Origin: Octopus bimaculoides
Taxonomy: Eukaryota
NCBI RefSeq assembly: GCF_001194135.2
Contig: NC_068985.1
Location: 4,820,254 to 4,884,253 of the forward strand
Direction of reading: 5' to 3'
Length of the DNA: 64,000 bases
Shown here piece after piece: positions 1 through 14,100 of this stretch (position 1 is the first letter of the stretch; each line of letters begins with the position of its first letter). The position numbers and the translations under genes are program-made. The notes under the pieces were generated by a model. That model did not search any database and was not told the origin of the DNA. It saw nothing but the letters and a program-made list of their open reading frames with translations.

Positions 1-340
1 ACGAGCTATATTGACCTTATTGTTGATGTGGGCACTCCAATCGAGATTCTTGCCAACAATTACACCCAGATCTCTGATATTGTTGGATGCCGTGAGCGGT
101 TCCCCTGAAAGAAGAGAGTATGGCTGTTTTAATATAGACTTTCTTCCAAAATGCATCAGCTCAAATTTTCCCTCGTTCAGTTTGATATTGTTTTTATCTG
201 CCCATTGACTCACAGCATATAGATCAGACTGGAGTTGGGTTCGGACTTCTTCTTCATTGATGATTTGCTGGAGTTTAGTGTCATCAGCAAATATTTTCAC
301 TTTGCAGTGATTTACGACGCTGGAAAGGTCATTTATATAA
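1..340 (-). mobile_element. CR1/L2-like LINE reverse transcriptase fragment
   Basis: Minus strand reads YINDLSSVVNHCKVKIFADDTKLQQII...LQSDLYAVSQWADKNNIKLNEEKFELMHFG, containing the non-LTR RT (Y/F)ADD motif. Frameshifted downstream. Confidence 0.85.
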
Positions 341-1263
341 ATTATAATGGTATATAAATGGTATATATCTTTACATGACTTTGTAGCGCAGAAGATTTTA
401 AAGATATAATTTCTTATACATTATTCGTTATTTGTATCAAATTTAAGATCTGTTTTCAATTTCAGCTTTATAAAAATGAGAAACTTTCATCAAAAAGCAA
501 TCAAGATTGGCAGATGATTTTATCCAAAGTTTGATGTCATCATCATCAACATCATTATCATCATTTAAAATCTGTTTACCATGTTAGCATAGGTTGGACT
601 GTTTGACTGGAGGTGGCAAGGTGGAGAGCTGCAACAGGCTCCAGTCCTCTGTTTTGGCAAGGTTTCTACAGCTGGATGCACTTCCTAATGCCAACCACTT
701 TACAGAGGGCATTGAGTGCTTTTGAGGTGGCACCAGCAGAGATACATCTTACATGNNNNNNNNNNNNNNNNNNNNNNNNNNNNNNNNNNNNNNNNNNNNN
801 NNNNNNNNNNNNNNNNNNNNNNNNNNNNNNNNNNNNNNNNNNNNNNNNNNNNNNNNNNNNNNNNNNNNNNNNNATTTTAATCAGAGTTTAAAACCTTTAT
901 TGTTCAATTCATTTCAATGTGAAGTGGGGAAAGAAATGATTCTGAATTGAAAATCCCACTCCCTTATTCTGTTTCTCCCCTGTCTCTGTTCTGTGGGTGT
1001 ATGGAATAGGCTTGAGCCTTTTGTCTTGCAGTTAAATACATACAAACAAAAATAGTGTATTAAAAGTTGCATAACCAGGACTTACTGAAGTTGAAATACT
1101 GAACATATAGATTCCATGTTGTCTCATATCAACAATGTCATGGCTTCTCTTACTATTTCCTACATTTATATTTTCTTATATTGTTATCATATTTATACAA
1201 CACAAGCTCCTCATAATTCAAAGTCAAAATCAAACTTAAGCAGAATGTTATATATTCACTTAC

Positions 1264-1328
1264 TTTGCCTCTGCCTGTCCAAAATATTTCCGATAAGCAT
1301 CCACTTCCGTTTCGAACATTTTATATTC
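1264..1328 (-). CDS. Cassette 5 long exon A (65 nt): [21 protein letters not shown](K/N); gene continues left of the window
   Basis: Type-A acceptor cttttctag, donor gtaagt. Confidence 0.88.
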
Positions 1329-4300
1329 CTAGAAAAGTTTATAACAAAAGCATTTGTTGTAACTTAATAATAAAAGTGATGATTTGACATTAATAGTTCT
1401 ATCAGGATGAATAAACAACAATAACTGTAATAGTAACAACAATAACCACAAAAATCACAGTCAATGCTCGTACTTCTACTGCTGCTGCTGCTGCTGCTGC
1501 TACTCCAACTATTTTAAAAAAGGAAGACCCCCAACAATTCACCTTAACAGCGAAACAATGCTATCTCTAAAAATGACTGTTACGGGCTCTGGTTTGAGAT
1601 AAAACAGATGAGAGATAACAAGTCTGTGGTTAGGATGCTTGTCTGTTTCAACTCACATTAACGGAGGATCTATTAACTTATTTCCAACAACTACACAAAC
1701 ACAATATGCTGCCTTGTACAAAATAAATAAATAAGAACTCACTTTTGTATATTCATAATATTTTCTTACCACCTCTCTGCAAAAGAAATAAAGGGACATA
1801 CATCACCATGACTATCATCATTAACATCATGATCATCATCATTTTTATATCTCTAGACAAAGAAAAACATCATAAGATTATAACTTTTTGTACAACTTCA
1901 TCTTGAGACATGAATTCTCTTTTAATATTGGAATCTACATTTGGACTTCATTTCAGTTGGTACTTATTTTATCAACCCTGAAAAGAAGGAAAGCAAAAGT
2001 GACCTTAGTGAGATATAAACTCAGAAAGTGAAGATGGACAAAATGCCACTAAGCACTTTGCCTGGCATAGTAACAATTCTGCCAGCTCACCACCATAGCA
2101 AACACAAGGACTTATTGAAATTGTAATACTGAATACAAATACATTTAGTTCTTTCTCACATCACCATTGCCATGGGTACTTTTACTGTTTTCTACATATA
2201 CCTTTATATTGGTTTCAAAATTTTGGCACAAGGCCAGCAACTTTCTGAGAAGGCTACATCAATTACAATGATCCCAGTGCTCAACTGTTACTTATTCTAT
2301 CAAACGTGAAAGGATGAAAGGCAAAGTCAACCTTCGCTGAAATTTGAACTCAGAATGTAAACATGGATGAAATGTCACTAAGCATTATGATTCTCCCAGT
2401 TCTTCATCTTAAAAATATCATTATATTGTGATCACATTTATACAATACAATCTCCTCATTTCATTAGCAATAAAAATCCAATTTAAACAAAATGTAATAA
2501 AAATATTTACATAGCTCTTTCTTTCTGTACATCTCGAGGACTGAACACCTGAATGTAAAACATTTCATAACCCTGCAAATATTCAAAATAAAAGTATATG
2601 TTTAGACTTTATAATAAAATTAATGATTTAACATATGCAGTTCTATTTTACCATGTAATTGACTAAAATTGTGAAGCATGTTATGTAATAACAGGCTTAT
2701 TGGATATGAGATAACAATTCAAAGTAAATAACTCTGAAAAGGGCTTTTGTGTGTTTCCTCAGGAGTGCTAGTGTTGATATATTCATGAATAGGTCACTAA
2801 GTGGATCTATTGCTTAACAAAATACTATTTACTTGTTTAAGAATTGTACTGGATAAATTGTGAAATTAACTTTAACAGTTCAAATACTAAGAAATAAGCA
2901 TATGTAATTTGATTTATACCAAATAATTTAAGAAAATGAATGGGTTATTTCCCTTGGCTTTATATAAGGATCCCTTCTAGGGGCAAATGGATTATTTCCC
3001 TTGGCTTTTAAAATAAAATATATTAGATATAAGGATCCCTTCCAGGGGCCTTATTATCGATTTTTTTTTCAACAATCTGAGTATGCCATGAGGTTTCCAG
3101 TTATGAGTTCTACACATGTGTCAAGTTTCATTAGAAGCGATAAAACAATGTAGGAAGAGTTAGCTAACAACTCCATAAACACACCCACAGACAGAATTTC
3201 CCACATATGTAGTAGATATATATAGAGACAGAGTTAAAGAGATTTATAAGCTGATAATATATAGAATGGTATTCAGCTCCCCCAACAAAATTTTTAATTT
3301 TCGAGCGGTGACTGATGCTTCGAAATTTCATTGAATGCTACACGTTACACTGTTGTGTGAGAGTAGACATTTGTCTGAGAGAGAGAGAAGCTAAGGATAT
3401 GCAATGGTGGAAGAAACTGTTGTAGAGGACAGAACAGATTTACAAGCAAAAATAATAAAGAACCAATTAATAGAACTACTATGAATTATAAGTCTTTTGA
3501 GAAACCTTCATAGATGACAGAATGTTGAAGGGTTTTGCAGGTTTAATTTTAAACCTTTAGCAGATTATTTAGTCACATGCAATGTGTATTTATCTATATT
3601 GTCCTGAATTAATTATGCATTATCTTGTAGATTTGGGATTTCGATGATGTAGATGTAAATTGATGACACCCAAACTACTGGCCATCTTTATCTCCACATG
3701 AGTACAGATGAGGACTTGTAGATTACATGTTACGGATCTTGTTCAAAACGGGGGCACCAGTTTTCATTTATGTTTTATGTAGTGTTTTTGGTACCGAAAG
3801 ACTTTCAAACTTCGTATACTTATCTATTTTGTGTTATAGAACAGAAAAAAATTTTTGTATTCAGATCTATTTCATGTAAAAAATTGTCTTATTTCGATAA
3901 TTTCAACCAATCACTGACGAGTATTCAGCTGTTTACAGTTACTCCTAAGCGGTGTAAAGCGTATTTAATCTCCATTACTTCTGACATTTTGCAGAGGCAA
4001 CACACGTGTGTTCGTTTTCCCTAACCCTAACCGACTTGCTCCTTCCCTCAAAAACCATGCCTTGTGCCTATAATAGAAAGGTTTATTAGCTACTGCCTAT
4101 ATGCTTCAGCCATTTTTTGACAAGGAAATAATAATTTTATCACCGCCGAGAATCGTTTGTTTATGTAGTCAGCACTTAATCTTTACAGCTGAATGGACGT
4201 CAGTCATTGGTTGAAATTACAGAAATACAACAACTTTAACATGAAATAACTTGCAATGTACGTTTTTTTGTTAAGAAGACTAGGAGAAAAAAAAATGTTT

Positions 4301-7300
4301 TATATGACATTCTACCAGTGTCCCAAGTTTCAAAGTGTTTCGTTAAGAAAATACTGGTGCCCCCGTTTTGAACAAGATCCCATGTTACTATTACTACCAC
4401 CACTACCACCACCATCACTACACTTTCGGAGTGGTTGGCATTAGGAAGGGCAACCAGCTGTAGAAACTCTACCAGATCAGACTGAAGTTTCGTGTAGCCA
4501 TCTGGTTTGCCAGTCCCCAGTCAAATCGTGCAACCCATGCTAGCATGGAAAGCAGATGTTAAATGATGATGATAAGAGCATGTAATCCAATATTTCCTTC
4601 CCATTGCATTTCCATAGGTGTATCTATTTCATCAGTTTATAATTAGTTAATACCAGATTTACTAACAGTTCAGTTCTCTTGTAATTGTTTAACCCCAGTC
4701 ATTCCTGATCTTCCAATATACTGCACTGAAAATAAAATATATCAACTAACCTCACGGCCTTTGAAGGATTCTTCCACAAGGTTCCTGCAAAAGAAACAAA
4801 CATATTTTCATCACATCATCATCATCATTTCTACATCAACTCACAAAAAGAACCATTACTGAACTGTTACTTTATGTTTGTACATTTTATTATTTTAATC
4901 TAAATCTAGAATTCAGTTGAATAGGTTCAATTTCTGATTATCACCAGGTATCATATTTGTGGATGTCTGTATAGTATCAAACTGGAATGTATTTAGCATA
5001 TTAAGATTTCTCTGTCAGCAAAAGCAGCCATGGTGAATGAATGTTAGTTTTAGGTATGTTTTAACTGGCTTTTGTTTTAGTTTGGTATATGTAAATAAAT
5101 GTATTTTAAACAATTACAAGTTTTCCAAATTTAGGTGCATTTTCAACAACAAATCTACCTATATATATATATATATTGGAATAAGAATAGCCTGGGCAAA
5201 GTTCAGAGAGCTCTTACCTCTGCTGGCGACAAAGGGCCTCTCACTCAGAGTAAAAGGCAGACTGTATGACACATGTGTACGAACAGCCATGCTACATGGC
5301 AGTGAAACATGGGCCGTGACTGCTGAGGACAAGCGTAAGCTCACAAGGAATGAAGCCAGTATGCTNNNNNNNNNNCAGCCATGCTACATGGCAGTGAAAC
5401 ATGGGCCGTGACTGCTGAGGACAAGCGTAAGCTCACAAGGAATGAAGCCAGTATGCTCCGATAGATGAGTAATGTCAGTGTGCATACCCGACAGAGAGTA
5501 AGTATCTTGAGAGAAAAGTTGAACATAAGAAGCATCAGTTGTGGTGTGCAAGAAAGACGATTACATTGGTGTGGACATGTGGTGAGAATGGACGAGGATA
5601 GCTGCGTGAAAAAGTGCCACACCCTAGTGGTTGAGGGAATCCGTGGAAGAGGCAGGCCTAGGAAGACCTGGGATGTGGTGGTGAAGCACGACCTTCGAAC
5701 ATTAGGCTTCACCGAAGCAATGACTTGTGACTGTGACCTTTGGAAATAAGCTGTGCGTGAGAAGACCCGGCAAGCCAAGTGAGACCAAAATCCAAGGCCT
5801 CTGCCAGGGATGTAGCCAGCCCACTTCTATACCTTTGCTTGAAATCCGTCGAGCTACCAATATATATTCTCCTTTGGCCATTATGGATTTGTACACTACA
5901 TTTATAGATTACATTATTCTGGCAACAATTTTCACTAATCGGACATTTATCTTGCCCTTTATTGGGTTTACTGCTAGCATTACTTATCATACCCCTTTCT
6001 CCCATCCCTCCATTGTCAGGATCGCCGGCATTCATTGTACTTTTGTCCAAGCCTATGTTTGGATTATTTGTCTTACTAATATTATTATCATTATTATTAT
6101 CATCATTACCACCGCCATTCTTACTGTCATTATTCATATCACCATTTGTATTTCTTGTACACCTTTCATGTTCCGTTTCACAAGGTTCCTTAATTCTGTT
6201 ACTAGTATCGATGGTGCCATTAATGAGTTTCACATTATTAAATTTAATATTCTCATCAATATTATTATTATTATTTTCATCATCATCAAATTATTACTTC
6301 TGTCATTACGATTTCTTATTTTATTCCTATTTATTGAAGCGATGATAGACCCCAGATTGGGAGTAACTGAGTACGCTAGCTTTACTGATGATTTGTTACA
6401 AATTGTGTAATATTTGTGATGCTTAGGGAAATTTTCTTTCAACAATTTGAAGAATAATTTTGGAAGACCTTTCACTCTCAGTGAAAATGGAGGGGCAAAC
6501 CAAATCACTTGACGGACTCTAGATTTGGTCTTAGAAATTGGCTTACCAAAAAGTGTTTGACTTCTGTTGCTATACGAGGAGTAGTTTACATTTTTACTGT
6601 TATTCATATTTATATTTATATCTGCATCTTCATTTTTATTGTTATTTTTGTTTTTATTTTTATTTATATCTTTATCTTTGTTTAATTTTTGTTACTATTA
6701 TCATTAGTAATATTCCTCTCATGCCATCATGTAAAATGGATATATGATGATTACTATGACACTGAGCAGTGAATGTTAGGATTTGCCTTGTCTACATTCC
6801 TGACAACAGCCCCTATTAATACTACGCTGGAAATTTTTAAAGAATTCTTAAAAGTTGTAGCTAAAAATTTTTTTTTACTTTATATAATCAAATCTGAGCA
6901 AAATGAAGATAGAACAGGTTGAGATGACAATCTCTGTTAACTGACAGATCTTGGAGATTTAAACAGGATTATTATCTTTACATGGCTTTGTAGCTCATAA
7001 AGATATAAGTTCTTATCCGTTGTTATTGGTACCAAATTTAAAATTTGTTTTAAGTTTCAACTCCATAAAAATGAGATATTTCCATCAAAAAGGAATCAAG
7101 ACTGGAGCGTTCTATCAAACGATTGATGCTGTCGTCATTGTCATTACTGTTTTCATCATCATCATTTAACATCTGCTTTTCTAGCTGGCATGGTTTAGAC
7201 AATCTGGCCGGAGCTGGCAAAGTGGAGAGCGGTAATAGGCTCCAGTCATCTGCTTTAACTAGGCTTCTCTGGCTGGGTACTCCTCCTAATACCAACCACT

Positions 7301-9394
7301 TTACAGGGTGTAGTGGGTGCTTTTATTTGGTACAAGTACAGGTGCTTTTCATGTGGCTCCAGGAAAGATGAATTTTAATTTCAATCAGAGTTTAAACTGT
7401 TTATTTTTCAATTCATTTCTTTTGTTCTTGAAAATTGTTGATCATTTCAACGTGAACTGGGGAAAGAATTGAACCCGAACTGAAAATTCTCCCCTGTCTC
7501 TGTTCTGTGTGTGTATTGAATAAGCTTGAGCCTTTTGTCTTGCAGTTAAATACATACAAACCAAAATAGTATATTAAAAGTTGCATAACTAGGACTTATT
7601 GAAGTTGAAATACTAAACATATATATTTAGTGTTGTCTGATATCAACAATGTCATGGATGCTCTTATTTATACATATTTATATGCATCACAGTCACATAG
7701 TTAAAGATAAGAATCAAGCTTAAACTGAACGTTATAAAATTACGTACCTGGCATCTATGCTTTTAATACTGAATGGATGTTTCTTGATTTTCCTCTTAAA
7801 ACGTTCATATTCCTAGAAGTGTTTACAATAAAAGCATTTGTTGTAACTTTATAATAAAAGCAATGGTTTGACATTAAAAGTTCTATTTTGGACTGGTTTC
7901 AACTCTTCAATGAAACAAAACATTACCTGACTCACAGAAACACTTTAAAAGAAAAAGCTAATCCTTTTCTCTATACATTCTAACTTCCAGTAAAGAGCTG
8001 AAATCATTGACTGATGGGGGATATTACCTAACTTGAGAAGTGATGCAGTAAAGGAACGTAACATAATACTACAAGGCATTTAATCTTGCACTGTAAACTG
8101 ATTTTGATATTCCTTTCTTAAAAGAAGATTCTATGCACTCACTAAAAGATAGCTGCAAATATCTCCCTGAAACCTTGCAGAAAAAAGGCATGGCTATGTG
8201 GTAAGAAGTCTGTTTCCCAACCACAAAGTTACAGGTTCAGTCCCACAACATGTAACCACAGGCAAGTGTTTTCTACTATAGCTTTGGGTTGACCAAAGTC
8301 TTGAAAGTGGATTTGGTTACAGAGACCGAAAGAAGCCTGCCACACATGTGTGTGTGTGCATCTTTGTTTGTCTTGAACCACTGCTTGACAACCAGTGCTG
8401 GTGTATTGATGCCCCTATAACCTAGCAGTCCACCAAAAATGATCAACAGAATAATCTTAAAAACAATAGGTACAGGGGTTGATACATTCCACTAAAAATT
8501 ATGAAAAGTGTTACCCCAGCATGGCCACAGTTTAGCGACTGAAACAAGATGAAAGGTGAAAGATATATTGGATAATGCTGTATCAAGATACACAGTGAGT
8601 CCATTAGCTTCTATTCCAAAGGAAGAATGGGTACTTCTCCTACCAGCCACAAACTCTACCTCTGCCTATCAGCTAAATTGTTGTATGTTGTGTTATCAGA
8701 TGTGAAAAGATGGAAAGCTATGTAGACCTCAGCACAATTTTGAATACAGAAATTCAAGAAAGGTGTTACGCTGTCATTTGATTGCTCAGCTAAATCTTCA
8801 TCAACTATGATCTTTAAAATGTCTTAAACAAGTTTGTTAGAAGGGGCAGGTAAGTTTCATTGATATTTTGGTAGCCCTGTCCCAGACTTGTAAGAATTTC
8901 CATGTATGTTGTTCAACGTCAACATCTGAAGGAAAAACAAATAGATGGAGAGGAAGGTGAGAGAATTCATACTAAAGGCACCCAAGAGGCAGATGGTGGT
9001 GCTAAACTGGGTGGCATGTAAAGCCTGTACCCAGTTTCATGATAAAACAGCCACATATAAAACACCTAGTAGATTCTGTAAAGTTCTCTTCCTAATGCCA
9101 ACCACTTTACAGAATCTACCAGGTGTTTTACATGTGGCACTAGGACCAGTAGAGTTGCTAGGTAACTTGCAAGTCAAAGACTGCTCAGCTGGAACCGAGG
9201 AAAGTGGCTGTGTGCCAGTTGAGAGGTTAGAGTATAATAGATGGGCACAGAGGGATAGTTGTCTAATTATAAAGGAGATACTAATCATCATCATCATCAT
9301 CATTTAACGATGACTTTGATCAGAAGCAAACAGCTGGTCATCTTATGCCCATAAAAAGGAAAATGACGACCTGTAGATTGGAAATCATCATTAC

Positions 9395-9426
<32 letters not shown>

Positions 9427-11137
9427 CAGTTTTAACATCCACATTTTATAGTTTTCATGGGTCTGGTAGAATTCATTCACGTAGATATTTTTTACAGTTT
9501 AAGGATTTAATGTGTTTCCTTGGTCTTTAGACACACATGAAAAAACAACTGGAGCTAAACAACAATAACTGTAATAGTAACAACAATAACCACAAAAATC
9601 ACAGTCAATGTTTCTGCTGCTACTGGTGATGATGCTGTTGTTTTTTAAAACAGGAACACCGTCAACAATTCACCTTCAAAAGCAAAGAGAAATCTTAAAT
9701 CTAAAAACGACTGTTAAGGGCTCTGGTTTGATGAAATAAAACAGACGACAGATAACAAGTCTGTGGTTAGGATGCTTGTCTGTTTCAACTCACATTAACA
9801 GAGCATCTACTAACTTATTTCAAACAGCTACACAAACTCAATATGCTGCCTCGTACAAAATAAAAAAGTAGTGAGAACTAACCGTGTAATTTCGAAAATG
9901 TTTCCTTCCTAGTTTTCTACAAAAGAAATAAAAGAACACACATCATCATGGCTGTCATTATCAACATAATTATCACCATCATTTTAAGTTCTCTAGACAA
10001 AGAGAAACATCATGAGAATATAATATTTTCAACAATAAATTTCATCTTTAGATATTTCAATTACTTTTGTCTCTGAACCTCATTAGGCGTTTTATTCTCA
10101 GCCATATGCATAGTATCAGACTATTAATATTTATCTCTCTGCAAAAACAGAAATATTGGTTTAAAATTTTGGCACCAGGCCTGCAATTTCAAGGGAGTGA
10201 ATAAGTCAATTACATCGACTGCGTAATTACTGGTACTTAGTTTATCAAAAACATGAAGGCCAATAGTGACCTTGGTGCGATATGAAATCAGAATGTGAAG
10301 ATGGACAAAATGACACTAAGCACTTTGCCTGTCATAGTAACAATTCTGCCAGCTCACCACCATACCAAACACAGAAATACTGAACTGATGTCACTTCTGG
10401 CCTTACTAATTGCATTATTGGTAAGACGTATATGTCCTGATTCTTTGATTCTCATGAGTTTCCCACTTTGGAATTACGAAATCTTCATTCTATAGCATTA
10501 TATTCATTCATTTCTCACTCCATATGTANNNNNNNNNNNNNNNNNNNNNNNNNNNNNNNNNNNNNNNNNNNNNNNNNNNNNNNNNNNNNNNNNNNNNNNN
10601 NNNNNNNNNNNNNNNNNNNNNNNNNNNNNNNNNNNNNNNNNNNNNNNNNNNNNNNNNNNTCGCAGTGTTTCATGTACAAGGCCTTCCATAAATGCATGGC
10701 ATGTTATAAATGCAGTTTTACTGTTCCAACTGAAACAATGCAGATGGAGATGCATAAAAAATACATTTTCATCTCAAAAGATGAAGTTAATAATCTGAAA
10801 AACTTATAATCACATCTGCAATAACTCATCTCAAGCATTTACATATTGAAGAAACATTATTCTCAAATTAAAAATACAGCCTTTCTCATTTAGAGAACAA
10901 ACAGACAAAGAAACAAAGAAAAAACAAAACATGTTATTGTGAATCTGTGTAGTTTGGTAGAGTTTTAGAGTAATTAAGAATGAGGCCAGACTGGAGTTTA
11001 TCTTCTGGCGGTCCTTGTGGTCTAAATGGACACCATACAGATTAAAGAACCAAAGCTACATAATCTTCATAAAAGAGGATCACACCTTCAACAGGTCTCA
11101 GATGTAGAATTCCAGTTGGGGCATTTGCTTACTCATT

Positions 11138-11173
<36 letters not shown>

Positions 11174-14100
11174 GTTTAACGTCCACTTTCCATGCTAGCA
11201 TGGGTTGAACGATTTGACTGAGGACTGGCGAACCAGATGGCTACACCAGGCTCCAATCTGATTTAGCAGAGTTTCTACAGCTGGATGCCCTTCCTAACGC
11301 CAACCACTCCGAGAGTGTAGTGGGTGCTTTTACGTGCCCCAAGCATGAGGGCCAGTTAGGCGGTACTGGCAACGGCCACGCTCAAAATGGTGTATTTTAC
11401 GTGCCACCTCCACAGGAGCCAGTCCAGCGGCACTGGCAACAATCTTGCTCAAATGACTTTTCAGGTGCCAGGAAAGCGAAGCTGGTAACGATCATGCTCG
11501 AACGGTGCTCTTAGTGCTCCACTGGTATAGGTGCCATCACTATTTCACTTGCCCCAATAGGTTTTCGCAAGCCGAGTTTAGTGTCCATATGCATAACAAT
11601 TTGTCTCTTTGCTAAATATTATAAATCAAGCACCAAAGATAACCTTACAGCATGTAGAGTCCATTGACTTTGGCTCTTGTTGTACATCATTACAATGTAT
11701 TCCCAAAGATTATCATGTCCCTGAAGACTGTTCCTTAGGATTCACTTTAACCATGAAGCATTCAAAATGATGTGCATAACGAAGCTTTACATTTCCCAGA
11801 GTAATCTGATTGCTAAATGGTTAATCATTGTATATTTTTATAGTATTATCATATTTAATGATGCATATTTTAATGTCCTTTTAGACTGTATTATTTTCAA
11901 AATACAACTCATAAGAATTTAACGATATAATTTGTCATAGATTATTTTATACACATTTGTATTGAACTTAATATCTTAAATTTCAAACTGAGAAAGCTGA
12001 GATATATCCATGAAATACAGGAAAACATTGATTGAATCCATCAAATGATTGAGTTTGAATTTTCAAATGTAGCTTAAAAAAGTATTTAATTGATCTTCTG
12101 TTCTCAACACTTTTTGATAATAGCAATTTGTGAAAATATCTCAATTTTAAATTTCAAACTAAAAAAAAAAGAGAGAAAAATAAATTCATCCGTCCACCTA
12201 CCCATCATATCCAGCCACTATTTGTTGTCAGGTTAGAGTATCACATCTATAGGGTCTAATCAGAAGTGACCATCACTAGACTGCCTGACTGGATTTCCAA
12301 GAATGNNNNNNNNNNNNNNNNNNNNNNNNNNNNNNNNNNNNNNNNNNNNNNNNNNNNNNNNNNNNNNNNNNNNNNNNNNNNNNNNNNNNNNNNNNNNNNN
12401 NNNNNNNNNNNNNNNNNNNNNNNNNNNNNNNNNNNNNNNNNNNNNNNNNNNNNNNNNNNNNNNNNNNNNNNNNNNNNNNNNNNNNNNNNNNNNNNNNNNN
12501 NNNNNNNNNNNNNNNNNNNNNNNNNNNNNNNNNNNNNNNNNNNNNNNNNNNNNNNNNNNNNNNNNNNNNNNNNNNNNNNNNNNNNNNNNNNNNNNNNNNN
12601 NNNNNNNNNNNNNNNNNNNNNNNNNNNNNNNNNNNNNNNNNNNNNNNNNNNNNNNNNNNNNNNNNNNNNNNNNNNNNNNNNNNNNNNNNNNNNNNNNNNN
12701 NNNNNNNNNNNNNNNNNNNNNNNNNNNNNNNNNNNNNNNNNNNNNNNNNNNNNNNNNNNNNNNNNNNNNNNNNNNNNNNNNNNNNNNNNNNNNNNNNNNN
12801 NNNNNNNNNNNNNNNNNNNNNNNNNNNNNNNNNNNNNNNNNNNNNNNNNNNNNNNNNNNNNNNNNNNNNNGCCATTAAGAATTCAGCTGGAATTCTTCAC
12901 TCTAAAAGGAAGAACATTCTTTGGGCTTGAAGAGAATATATTGACGATCTTCTCAATCTGATTAGGATAAAATCTTCTGGTTGCCATGAGGTGCATCTAG
13001 GACTAAAGACTAACCTCACAGAGGCTAGAGTCATAGAGGTGATTAAAGCATTCAAGTGTGGCAAGGCAGCTGAAGTGGATGAGATGTTAAGAAAATTAAA
13101 AAGAGAAGGTATTGTCTGGTTGATTTGTTTATAGCATGGACTTCTGAAAGGACACCAAAACAATGGCAGTCTGTGGTGATGATCCCAATTTTGAAAAAGG
13201 GAGGGAAAACTGAAGGAAACAAATGTCTGGACTAGGAATTCCTTGATTTGTATATGTGTTATTCCTTGTTTCTATTCTGGGTTGATATAAAAACTATAAA
13301 AGTTACATGACAAGGACTTAGTGAAATTCAAATACTGAATATAAATACATTTAGTTCTTTCTCACATCAACATTGCCATGGATACTTTTACTGTTTTCTA
13401 CATATACCTTTATATTGGTTTCAAATTTTGGCACAAGGCCAGCAACTTTGGGAAAAGCTCTAAGTCAATTACAATGACCCCAGTGCTCAATTCTATCAAA
13501 CATGAAAAGATGAAAGGCAAAGTCAACCTCAACAGAATTTGAACTCACGAAGTAAAGATGAATGAAATGCCACTAAGCATTATGCCAGTTGTGCTAACAA
13601 CTCTGCCAGCTCGTCACCTTATATGTATATATCATTATATCGTGATCACATTTATATAAGAATCACATCATCATCATCGTTTAACATCCTCATTTCAATA
13701 AAGTAGAAATCCGATTTAAACAAAATGTAATAAAAAATATTTACATGGCTTTTACTTTGTCAAAAGATGGAAGATCGAGCAGTTCCTTCAAAAGACCTTG
13801 AAAATCCTATAAATATTCAAAATAAAAGTATATGTTTAGAATCTTTATAATAAAATTAATGATTTAACATCTGTAGTTCTATTTTACCATGTAACTGACT
13901 CTCCAATCAAACTGGATATTGCCTAACTTCCTGAAGCAATTGGTTGTTTTGCTTCTCTACATCCACAGCAACATCAAATTTCAGATGTTTGATTCAAAAA
14001 CAGACACGAACATTGGAATAATTCCAGAACAAATTCTTTCAACCAACTTTGTACTGTAGGAAAATTAAAGTAATAATTTCTAAACAAAGCACAAGATCAC

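Noticed and set aside
1543-1566. Possible extra micro-exon on the minus strand (ttttag...gtgaat) in a conserved block of the b->A intron; paralogous positions near 9671-9697 and 22609-22633
   Set aside because: Lengths differ among copies (24, 27 and 25 nt), no reading frame is open in all of them, and in the phase-0 intron it would read AGA TAG (stop). Treated as conserved intron sequence.
4019-4032. Telomere-like CCCTAACCCTAA
   Set aside because: Only two units, internal to a MITE; not an interstitial telomeric array.
5727-6410. 227-aa Ile-rich plus-strand ORF and 127-aa Leu-rich ORF that look like membrane proteins
   Set aside because: They are antisense frames of the low-complexity linker of the Penelope-like fragment.
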